Shown here: piece by piece, positions 1-7,231 of the stretch
How positions within the stretch are numbered: the first letter of the stretch is position 1
Layout of the letters: each line of letters begins with the position of its first letter
Source: Patescibacteria group bacterium
GTDB lineage: Bacteria; Patescibacteriota; Minisyncoccia; 2-02-FULL-40-12; IGHO2-01-FULL-4-A
Assembly: GCA_038064915.1 (NCBI GenBank)
Contig: JBBTSB010000005.1
Span: forward strand, 10,615-74,614
DNA length: 64,000 nucleotides
Direction: 5' to 3'
Position numbers and translations under genes: made by a program
The notes under the pieces: model-generated
What the model was told of the DNA's origin: nothing
The model's database searches: none
The model's input: the letters and a program-made list of their open reading frames with translations, nothing else

Positions 1-209
1 TCAATGAGAATATAATCCCCATCTTCAAATGTATACTCCATCGAGGCGCCATTCACAAAGAACGGTTGTACCAAAAAGTAGCGAACGGGAATGATAATCG
101 CCAAAGAAATGATGACGACTTTGACGATTTCCCATAGAAAAGCAAGTCCCTGATACAGTGGTCCCGGTTCCTGAATGAGATCTTGTTGAGGATCTTCGGT
201 AGTGTACAT
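1..209 (-). CDS. lepB: Signal peptidase I (5' part, runs off the window)
   Basis: Manual translation from ATG at 209 gives MYTTEDPQQ...WEIVKVVIISLAIIIPVRYFLVQPFFVNGASMEYTFEDGDYILI, i.e. a TM segment plus the catalytic GxSM motif. Confidence 0.9.
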   Translation of the reverse strand, partial: MYTTEDPQQDLIQEPGPLYQGLAFLWEIVKVVIISLAIIIPVRYFLVQPFFVNGASMEYTFEDGDYILI

Positions 210-240
210 GAGGAAAAGTATACCATATACTGTTGTCAGT

Positions 241-681
241 ATGAAATTTCTCTTCGGTATAGGAAATCCAGGCAAGGAATATGAAGGCACGCGGCACAAT
301 ATCGGCCGCGCGTTCGCAGCGCATGAAGGCGGCCACGAGAGTGATGTCTTTGTAAATCAATCGGGTGAGGCGGTGCGGAAGCTCAAGGTGAAGCCACAGG
401 ATCTTATCGTTGCTCACGATGATCTGGACATAGATTTTGGAAAGTTTAAATTGTCTTTTGATCGCAACTCGGCCGGACACAAAGGCGTGGAGTCCATCAT
501 CAAAGCGCTCAAAACAAAAAAATTCTGGCGGTTGCGTTTTGGGATCGCGAATACGAAATTAAAGAAAATGAGAAAGGAAGGAAACGTAGCAGATTTTGTG
601 CTTTCAAAATTTACTCCCACGGAGCAAAAGCAACTCAAAGCCATTTTCAAAGAAGCGCATGATCGAATCACTCACGATTGA
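241..681 (+). CDS. pth: Peptidyl-tRNA hydrolase (shortened)
   Basis: GIGNPG.EY..TRHNIG, HDDLD, AGHKG, RLRFGI and FVLSKF motifs; ATG at 241. Confidence 0.95.
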   Translation: MKFLFGIGNPGKEYEGTRHNIGRAFAAHEGGHESDVFVNQSGEAVRKLKVKPQDLIVAHDDLDIDFGKFKLSFDRNSAGHKGVESIIKALKTKKFWRLRFGIANTKLKKMRKEGNVADFVLSKFTPTEQKQLKAIFKEAHDRITHD

Positions 682-1513
682 CCACGAAAACTACCCGCCG
701 CTTCTGCGGCACATTTTCGATCCCCCACCGCTTCTGTATGTGTGGGGCAATGCCAACATCCTCAAGACCGAGTGCTTTGCTGTCGTGGGTACGCGAGCGC
801 ACACGGAGTATGGTAAACGCAGTGTGCAAGATCTCACGCGCGCCTTGTGTCGTGCGGGGTTTACCATCGTCAGCGGTCTTGCGCTGGGAATCGACTCGAT
901 GGCTCATACCATTGCCCTTGAAGAAAAAAAGCCAACGATTGCGGTATTTGGTGGAGGCTTGAACAAAGACCGCTGGTATCCGCCTCAAAACAAAAAACTC
1001 GCCCAGCGCATCCTCGACGAGGGTGGACTTTTGATCAGCGAACAATCCCAGGATGTACGTGCGCAGATTTTCACGTTCCCCAAGCGTAATCGCATCATAA
1101 GCGGTATGTCAAAAGGTGTGCTGGTGGTAGAGGGCGACATCAAGTCCGGTACGATGGTTACGGCAAAGTGCGCACTTGATCAGGGACGCGATGTGTTTTC
1201 CGTCCCGGGATCGATTTACGCATCCAAATCCGCCGGCACAAATTACTTAATTCAAAAAGGCGCAAAGCTTGTGGCAAAGCCAGAAGACATCCTCGAAGAG
1301 TACGGAATCTATTTGCAAACTGCCAAAATCCAAGGCTCAAATGCCAACGAAGAAGCAATTCTCAAAGCACTTGGAGACGACGCGCTGACGCCAGATGAGA
1401 TCATCCGCGAATCGGGCCTCGACACATCCGTTGCAACTTCGACACTCATGGTGATGGAGATGGAAAAAAAAGTGCGCAATTTGGGAAACGGCAAGTTTGT
1501 GGTATATTCGTGA
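659..1513 (+). CDS. dprA: DNA-processing protein DprA
   Basis: YPPLLRHIFDPPPLLY, AVVGTR, IVSGLALGID, FPKRNRIISG motifs and a C-terminal wHTH. Confidence 0.95.
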   Translation: MIESLTIDHENYPPLLRHIFDPPPLLYVWGNANILKTECFAVVGTRAHTEYGKRSVQDLTRALCRAGFTIVSGLALGIDSMAHTIALEEKKPTIAVFGGGLNKDRWYPPQNKKLAQRILDEGGLLISEQSQDVRAQIFTFPKRNRIISGMSKGVLVVEGDIKSGTMVTAKCALDQGRDVFSVPGSIYASKSAGTNYLIQKGAKLVAKPEDILEEYGIYLQTAKIQGSNANEEAILKALGDDALTPDEIIRESGLDTSVATSTLMVMEMEKKVRNLGNGKFVVYS

Positions 1514-1539
1514 TATTCCCTCCCTCAATCTCCCATTCA

Positions 1540-1572
1540 TATACCCCCTAACCCCCTTTACATTAAAGGGGG
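1540..1572 (-). repeat. REP-like palindromic repeat, family A copy 1
   Basis: Reverse complement CCCCCTTTAATGTAAAGGGGGTTAGGGGGTATA has the same hairpin+G-rich tail as the copies at 2491, 2898 and 21689. Confidence 0.7.
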
Positions 1573-1580
1573 AATAAAAA

Positions 1581-2501
1581 ATGCCTGAACCAAAACCAGA
1601 AAATTCAAATCAACCGCCAGCCGAACAACGCCCAAACCAAGAGCGAGAACTTTCGACGGAACAGAAAGATGAAATCATGAAAAAGGTGCAGAATATTTTA
1701 AAACCAGGAACTTATTATACCGGTGTTGGGAATCAATATTATGGAAGCGACGAAGGCGGCAGTTTTATTCGGATGTTGAAAGAAGGGATATTGAGCCAAC
1801 ATGGAGAACGATCATTAAAAAAATGGGCGCTAAAGACAAAGAAGATAATGAAAGATAAAGAATTAGGAAAAGAGGATGAGCCTTATCATCGGAGGTATCA
1901 AGATAATTGGGTCAATACAGAAGTTCTAGGAATTTTTGTAAATATGGTGACAAAAGATCAACCTCTACATCAATACCATAGCGAGTCTAATGGCGTTACC
2001 TTTGTTTTAGATATTTCGGAATTTAAGGAGTTGCCTCCTTTGGGAATTCACGTCCGGTATCATAAGAGTGCACCAAGGGCAAAAACCATAGAAAGAACGC
2101 GTCAATTTTCTCCTCAATGGGAATGGTTACGAGACGGACGAAAAAATGAAATTTGGGAAAAAGATATTGAAGAGGCTTTCCCAGGCCGAGACATCCGAGA
2201 TCTTTCACATGAAGAGGTGCGTTCTAAATTTCCTAATCTATATGATCATCAAGGTGAGATAGACCGGAATGATACAGCTTTTGGATCTTTTGTGAGCTAT
2301 ATGATCCCCCCAAAAAAAATAACAGGCGTTATTATTGGAGACTATGCGGACCCGCAGTATATGGTTAAGGTCATGCAACAAGCCGGCCGATATGTTCCTA
2401 TTTACGATATGCGAGGAAACTTACGATGGCCTAAATACATGGGGCACGAAGAAGTAAAAAAATTTATTGCGGAGCGGGATGCAAAGCACCCCTCCCTTTA
2501 A
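1581..2501 (+). CDS. Hypothetical protein, possible ADP-ribosyltransferase-like fold
   Basis: 306-aa AT-rich ORF; YYTG...MLKEGILS and IPPKKITGVI loosely recall ART/KptA-like motifs (function is inference). Confidence 0.65.
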   Translation: MPEPKPENSNQPPAEQRPNQERELSTEQKDEIMKKVQNILKPGTYYTGVGNQYYGSDEGGSFIRMLKEGILSQHGERSLKKWALKTKKIMKDKELGKEDEPYHRRYQDNWVNTEVLGIFVNMVTKDQPLHQYHSESNGVTFVLDISEFKELPPLGIHVRYHKSAPRAKTIERTRQFSPQWEWLRDGRKNEIWEKDIEEAFPGRDIRDLSHEEVRSKFPNLYDHQGEIDRNDTAFGSFVSYMIPPKKITGVIIGDYADPQYMVKVMQQAGRYVPIYDMRGNLRWPKYMGHEEVKKFIAERDAKHPSL

Positions 2502-2526
2502 GGTAAAGGGAGGTTGGGAGGGTATA
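2491..2526 (+). repeat. REP-like palindromic repeat, family A copy 2
   Basis: CCTCCCTTTA-AGG-TAAAGGGAGG-TTGGGAGGGTATA; contains the stop codon of the upstream ORF. Confidence 0.85.
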
Positions 2527-2529
2527 TTT

Positions 2530-2913
2530 ATGACAAAGATTCTCTACAATCATCCCAACTATCTAGAGCGCCGTCGAAATTTACGAAAAGATCAAACACC
2601 TGAAGAGAAAATTATTTGGGAGCACTTGCGCAAGAAAAAGCTTGGATATCTTTTTTGGCGGCAATACAGCGCAGGACTATATGTCCTCGATTTCTATTGT
2701 CCCAAGCTTCGGTTAGCTATTGAAATCGACGGCTTGCAGCATGCAACGCGGGATGGAAAAGAGTATGATGAAGAGCGAGAACAGTATCTTCTCGGACTTG
2801 ATATCAAGATGTTGCGTTTCTGGAATTCCGAAGTTCGTGCTAATCTTGAAACGGTTTTAGAAAAGATTAAGCGCGAAATAGCAAAATCCTCTGAACTCCT
2901 CCCTTTAAGGTAA
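2530..2913 (+). CDS. DUF559 / Vsr-like endonuclease domain protein
   Basis: RRNLRKDQTPEEKIIWEHLR, FWRQY...YVLDFYCPKLRLAIEIDG.QH and LRFWNSEV motifs. Confidence 0.9.
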   Translation: MTKILYNHPNYLERRRNLRKDQTPEEKIIWEHLRKKKLGYLFWRQYSAGLYVLDFYCPKLRLAIEIDGLQHATRDGKEYDEEREQYLLGLDIKMLRFWNSEVRANLETVLEKIKREIAKSSELLPLR

Positions 2914-2933
2914 AGGGAGGCCGGGAGGGTATA
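2898..2933 (+). repeat. REP-like palindromic repeat, family A copy 3
   Basis: CCTCCCTTTA-AGG-TAAAGGGAGG-CCGGGAGGGTATA, 34/36 identical to copy 2; contains the DUF559 stop codon. Confidence 0.85.
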
Positions 2934-2938
2934 ATATT

Positions 2939-5062
2939 ATGCCGTCGTTAGTAATCGTCGAATCTCCAACGAAAGCCAAAACGATTTCCAAATTTCTTGG
3001 CAGCGATTATGTTGTGCGTTCAAGCTTTGGGCATGTGCGGGATTTGCCCAAAAGCAAAATGGGCGTGGATACGGAACACGGCTTTACGCCCAAGTATGTC
3101 ATCCCCATCAAGGCGAAGGAAATCATTGCTGAACTGAAGAATTTGGAAAAGAAAACTGATGAAGTGATCCTCGCTTCCGATGAAGACCGCGAAGGAGAAG
3201 CGATTTCTTGGCATTTAATGCAAGCATTGGAACTCAAGAAACCGAAGCGTATCGTTTTTCATGAGATTACCAAATCATCCATCCTCGAAGCGCTGAAACA
3301 TCCTCGGGAAATAGACATGAAGCTCGTAGACGCGCAACAAGCGCGTCGTATCTTGGATCGTCTTGTTGGCTATGAGCTGTCGCCATTTCTGTGGCGCAAA
3401 ATTCGCTTTGGGCTTTCCGCCGGGCGCGTACAATCTGTTGCCGTGCGCCTAGTAGTGGAACGCGAGCGCGAGATCCAGGCTTTTAAAAAAGACGAATACT
3501 GGACGATTGATGCGATTTTTGATCGCTTCAAAGCGCGCTTAGTCCAAATCGGAGGTAAGAAACTTGATAAGCTTGCAATTCAGAATGAAATTGAAGCAAA
3601 AAAAATAATAGAAGATCTAGAAGGGAAAAAATACGAAGTAAAGGAAATAACAAAGAAAGAGGTTCAGCGCCATCCAGCAGCGCCGTTTACCACATCCACA
3701 CTTCAGCAAGAAGCAAGTCGCAAACTGGGGCTTTCCGCAAAGCAGACTATGATGCTTGCGCAAAAACTCTATGAGACAGGGCAAATCACGTACATGCGTA
3801 CCGATAGTGTAAATCTCGCAGAATCTGCAATTGCGCAGGCACAAGATGTGATCTCGAAGCAATTTGGCAAAGAATACTCCGAACCTCGTCGCTACTCCAC
3901 CAAATCCAAAGGCGCCCAGGAAGCACATGAAGCAATTCGTCCTACGGACTTTTCCCACCAATCAAAAGACAAGCTCTATGATTTGATTTGGAAGCGCGCT
4001 ATTGCTTCACAGATGGCAAGTGCAAAGCTTGATCAAACGAGCGTAGACATAGAGGCAGGAAATCATTTGTTTCGAGCAACCGGTAGCGTCATAAAATTTG
4101 ACGGTTTTATTCGTGCGTATACCGAAGGAAAAGATGAAGAGGAGGAAGTGGAGGGACAACTCCCTGAACTAGAAAAAGGCGAAGCACTCGATCTCAAAAA
4201 ACTTGAGCCCTTACAACACTTCACCGAGCCCCCTCCCCGCTATACAGATGCCACACTTGTCAAAGCCCTTGAAGGTTATGGCATAGGACGACCATCTACA
4301 TACGCGCCAACGCTAGCCACCATTCAAGAAAGGGGTTACGTAGAGAGAATAGACAAAAAATATCAGCCCACGGAGATTGGATTTCTCGTGAACGACATGC
4401 TTGTCGAGAATTTTCCAGAAATCGTCGATATCAACTTTACATCGCTCATCGAAAAGTCTTTTGATGAAATTGCTGAAGGCACAAAGAAGTGGGTACCAGT
4501 GATTTCTGATTTCTATAAGCCCTTTCACGCGCACTTAATAGCAAAAGAGGACGAAGTGAATAAACTGGTTGTTGAGTCCGATGTTGCGTGTGTTCACTGC
4601 GGCAAAAGAATGCTGATCAAGTTTGGCCGCAATGGCAAGTTCCTCGCCTGTCCCGATCCGGAGAGCAAAATCACTCAGCCCATGCCCGAAGAAGCCGCGC
4701 AGATCAAAGCTCTGCAAGAAAAAACCCAAGGCGAGAAATGTCCCATCTGCAGCAAAAATATGGAAATCAAGCGAGGGCGGTTTGGATTTTTCCTTGGATG
4801 TGTGGATTACCCCAAGTGCAAAGGCATCACGAAGATTTTAAACAAGACCGGATTCAAATGTCCGAACTGTTCCGTGGGTGATATCGTCGAGCGCAAATCC
4901 CGCGGACGTGGAAAAGTGTTTTATGCGTGCAGCAGATTTCCCGATTGTACCTTCCTCATGAGCAAGAAACCCGAATCCGAAGCCGATCTCGCTCCAGCTC
5001 TCCAACACTGGAAGGACAATCCACCGAAAGAGAAGAAAGAAAAACCTTGGCAGAAAAAATAA
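2939..5062 (+). CDS. topA: DNA topoisomerase I
   Basis: LVIVESPTKAKTI, ASDEDREGEAI, SAGRVQS, ITYMRTDS, GIGRPSTY and C-terminal zinc ribbons. Confidence 0.98.
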   Translation: MPSLVIVESPTKAKTISKFLGSDYVVRSSFGHVRDLPKSKMGVDTEHGFTPKYVIPIKAKEIIAELKNLEKKTDEVILASDEDREGEAISWHLMQALELKKPKRIVFHEITKSSILEALKHPREIDMKLVDAQQARRILDRLVGYELSPFLWRKIRFGLSAGRVQSVAVRLVVEREREIQAFKKDEYWTIDAIFDRFKARLVQIGGKKLDKLAIQNEIEAKKIIEDLEGKKYEVKEITKKEVQRHPAAPFTTSTLQQEASRKLGLSAKQTMMLAQKLYETGQITYMRTDSVNLAESAIAQAQDVISKQFGKEYSEPRRYSTKSKGAQEAHEAIRPTDFSHQSKDKLYDLIWKRAIASQMASAKLDQTSVDIEAGNHLFRATGSVIKFDGFIRAYTEGKDEEEEVEGQLPELEKGEALDLKKLEPLQHFTEPPPRYTDATLVKALEGYGIGRPSTYAPTLATIQERGYVERIDKKYQPTEIGFLVNDMLVENFPEIVDINFTSLIEKSFDEIAEGTKKWVPVISDFYKPFHAHLIAKEDEVNKLVVESDVACVHCGKRMLIKFGRNGKFLACPDPESKITQPMPEEAAQIKALQEKTQGEKCPICSKNMEIKRGRFGFFLGCVDYPKCKGITKILNKTGFKCPNCSVGDIVERKSRGRGKVFYACSRFPDCTFLMSKKPESEADLAPALQHWKDNPPKEKKEKPWQKK

Positions 5063-5190
5063 GGGTGTTAATTACATTTCTTCAACTATAAAATATATCG
5101 CCTTGGGGGGCGATGAAATGTTGATTTACCTAGTTTTCTGTAAATCCAACATGTAATTTTTTATAAAATTTAAAATGTAATTAACAGCCC
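5063..5190. mobile_element. 128-bp MITE-like element with terminal inverted repeats
   Basis: Left end GGGTGTTAATTACATTT, right end AAATGTAATTAACAGCCC; AT-rich non-coding interior. Confidence 0.6.
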
Positions 5191-5191
5191 T

Positions 5192-5434
5192 TTTTCAAAA
5201 ACCGGTGATTTTTCTGATGTAAAAGTTCTTTCACCTTTTGGAGAAATACCGTGGAATGAGCTTTCTCGATTCAGCGATACAGAAATGAAAAAATTGATGA
5301 TTAATGTCGTAAATCATTGCTATAATTTTCTTTATCTTTTGTATGGTGGCGCCAAAGGCGATGAGATCATTGAACTTTTAAAAGACACAGATCCCATGCC
5401 TCATTGGAACGACCCAACAGGAGAGCTGTACTGA
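5192..5434 (+). pseudogene. 5'-truncated hypothetical protein fragment
   Basis: Open frame FSKTGDFSDVKVLSPFGEIPWNELSRFSDTEMKKLMINVVNHCYNF...WNDPTGELY* looks protein-like but has no start codon at its 5' end; it abuts the MITE end. Confidence 0.6.
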
Positions 5435-5440
5435 ATACGG

Positions 5441-5528
5441 CGGATAGGGTGGGATTCGAACCCACGGTCCGCCTAGGGCGGACGGCGGTTTAGTAAACCG
5501 CTGGTATAAACCACTAACCGACCTATCC
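5441..5528 (-). tRNA. tRNA-Ser(ACT)
   Basis: GGATAGG/CCTATCC acceptor, G73, anticodon arm GCGGT-TTACTAA-ACCGC, long variable arm GTCCGCC-CTA-GGCGGAC, T arm GTGGGTTCGAATCCCAC. Confidence 0.88.
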
Positions 5529-5542
5529 AAATTTTGACTTTG

Positions 5543-5630
5543 CGGAGGAGGTGGGACTCGAACCCACGAGCCAGTTTTACCCGGCAACCTCTTTAGCAAA
5601 GAGGCGGAATAGCCGCTATCCGACTCCTCC
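5543..5630 (-). tRNA. tRNA-Ser(GCT)
   Basis: GGAGGAG/CTCCTCC acceptor, CCTCT-TTGCTAA-AGAGG anticodon arm, long variable arm, GGTTCGAGTCC. Confidence 0.95.
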
Positions 5631-5681
5631 AAATGCTTTTTATGTATACCATTTATTACACTTTTGCGCTATAGTTTCTCT

Positions 5682-6317
5682 ATGTCCAAAAAAGTCTATC
5701 TTGTCCGTCATGGGGAGACGGAAGATCTTGCAAAGAAGTTGCATCAGCAGAATGATTCTGTTCTTTCGGAGCGAGGAAATCAACAGGCGCAAGATGTTGC
5801 GGGGCGTTTTTCCAAAATACGCGCAGATATAGTTTATTCGAGTCCATTTCTCAGAACTCTTCAGACAGCGAAGCACATCGGTACCATAGCAGGTGCACCG
5901 GTTGAAACAAAAGAGCTTCTTCGTGAACGGAAACAACCAAAAGAGATTATGGGAAAACCGCGGGATGATGCGGAAGTGATGCGCATCAAAAACACTATCA
6001 ACGAACACAGACATGATCCCTCGTGGCATTATTCCGACGAAGAAAACTTTTTTGACCTTCGCGGTCGAGTGAAAGAATTTCAGAAATTTGTAGAAAACGA
6101 TACCCAAGAGAACGTGGTGTTAGTATCTCACGCGGTATTCATTAAAATGTTTACGCTGGTGAGTGTTTTTGGAGATTTACTCACACCGGATATGTTTTCA
6201 TCGTATTATCAACATGTGCGAACAAGCCAAACTGGTATTACTATGCTTGAGTTCACTGATAATGAATGGAAGCTTCTTACCTGGAATGATTATGCGCATT
6301 TAGGAGAAAATACATGA
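5682..6317 (+). CDS. Histidine phosphatase family protein
   Basis: YLVRHGET, YSSPFLRTLQTA and VLVSHA motifs. Confidence 0.92.
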   Translation: MSKKVYLVRHGETEDLAKKLHQQNDSVLSERGNQQAQDVAGRFSKIRADIVYSSPFLRTLQTAKHIGTIAGAPVETKELLRERKQPKEIMGKPRDDAEVMRIKNTINEHRHDPSWHYSDEENFFDLRGRVKEFQKFVENDTQENVVLVSHAVFIKMFTLVSVFGDLLTPDMFSSYYQHVRTSQTGITMLEFTDNEWKLLTWNDYAHLGENT

Positions 6318-6784
6318 ATATGCAACAAACCATTCGCTGGAAAGCGCCGGCAACCTATCGGCGTGAGGGAACAAAAGCACCGTACTATTTTGTTGCAATT
6401 CTTTTGCTCGTGGCTTTGCTCATCGGTATTGTTCAGGGAGACCTGGTGGGCGCTATTCTGTTTGTCCTCATGGCCGTCATGACCCTGATCCACATTCGAA
6501 AACCGGTGGATATCGTTGACATTGAGGTAAGTCCCCTATCCGTGGTGGTGGGAGGAAAAACCTACCGTACGGAGGACATTACATCGTTTTGGATTGACTA
6601 TGTGCCGGAGAGTGATTTGAAAGAGTTGAGCCTGCACATGAAAAAGTGGACATCGCCGTATGTGAAAATTCAGCTTGGTGATCAAGACCCTGTTCAAGTT
6701 CGCGCGATTTTGATAGAGTTACTACCCGAGGTGAGACATGAAGGTACGCTGATACACGCCTTCGTCCGCCGGCTGGGATTGTGA
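6314..6784 (+). CDS. Hypothetical membrane protein (2 TM + soluble domain)
   Basis: 156-aa ORF coupled to the upstream gene by an ATGA overlap; two hydrophobic helices. Confidence 0.8.
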   Translation: MNMQQTIRWKAPATYRREGTKAPYYFVAILLLVALLIGIVQGDLVGAILFVLMAVMTLIHIRKPVDIVDIEVSPLSVVVGGKTYRTEDITSFWIDYVPESDLKELSLHMKKWTSPYVKIQLGDQDPVQVRAILIELLPEVRHEGTLIHAFVRRLGL

Positions 6785-6795
6785 CTGGAAATAAT

Positions 6796-6867
6796 GCACC
6801 CGTCGTTCAACGGATAGGACGCAGGATTGCGGATCCTGCAATAGAGGTTCGATTCCTCTCGGGTGCA
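6796..6867 (+). tRNA. tRNA-Arg(GCG)
   Basis: GCACCCG/CGGGTGC acceptor, CAGGA-TTGCGGA-TCCTG anticodon arm, GGTTCGATTCC. Confidence 0.95.
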
Positions 6868-6873
6868 CACTTT

Positions 6874-6899
6874 CTTCGCTAAAGCTACGAAGTGCAAGC
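6874..6899 (+). repeat. Short palindromic repeat, family B (intergenic copy)
   Basis: CTTCGCTAAAGCTACGAAGTGCAAGC matches the copy inside rarA at 61998. Confidence 0.7.
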
Positions 6900-6947
6900 A
6901 AAAAAAGAAAAGGCACGTGATCGGGCGAAGTGTTCTGCCCGCGTGCC
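6900..6947 (-). terminator. Intrinsic terminator of the GC-rich small gene
   Basis: GGCACG...CGTGCC extended hairpin followed on the minus strand by TTTTCTTTTTTT. Confidence 0.7.
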
Positions 6948-6982
6948 TCTTGCCAGGTGCTCGGCCGAATTATTTCGCGGCC

Positions 6983-7180
6983 TCAGCTGAACAGCGGCAT
7001 CTGGACGGCGGCTTGAAGGCGCCTGCCCCGATGCTGCTTCACTGCGGCCTTTGCGAGGAGAGCCGCTTCCGCGACCCGTCGCTTGGCCTCCTCCTCGACC
7101 TTGCCCGGTGCGACCGCGCACTCACACGGTCCATCGAGCAGAACGAGGAGCTCCTTGGTCCACGCCGTACGGTTGGCCAT
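6983..7180 (-). CDS. GC-rich orphan small protein (65 aa)
   Basis: AAGGAGG SD at 7185-7191, own promoter and terminator, strongly G/C-ending codons. Confidence 0.75.
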   Translation of the reverse strand: MANRTAWTKELLVLLDGPCECAVAPGKVEEEAKRRVAEAALLAKAAVKQHRGRRLQAAVQMPLFS

Positions 7181-7198
7181 GTGACCTCCTTATTTTGT

Positions 7199-7227
7199 AT
7201 TTTACTATATTTTTATGTTAAAGTCAA
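7199..7227 (-). promoter_or_regulatory. sigma70-type promoter
   Basis: TTGACT-N17-TAAAAT upstream of the 65-aa gene. Confidence 0.75.
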
Positions 7228-7231
7228 ATAT

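Noticed and set aside
5441-5528. Wholesale reassignment of AGA/AGG to Ser, or genetic code 25
   Set aside because: AGA occurs at conserved Arg positions (IleRS EGRFG), TGA ends many genes, and RF2 is intact
5378-5632. 84-aa ORF
   Set aside because: It coincides with two tRNA-Ser genes
6863-7231. 123-aa N-terminal extension of RecG in the ORF track
   Set aside because: It is the antisense shadow of the GC-rich 65-aa gene; RecG homology begins at ATG 7232
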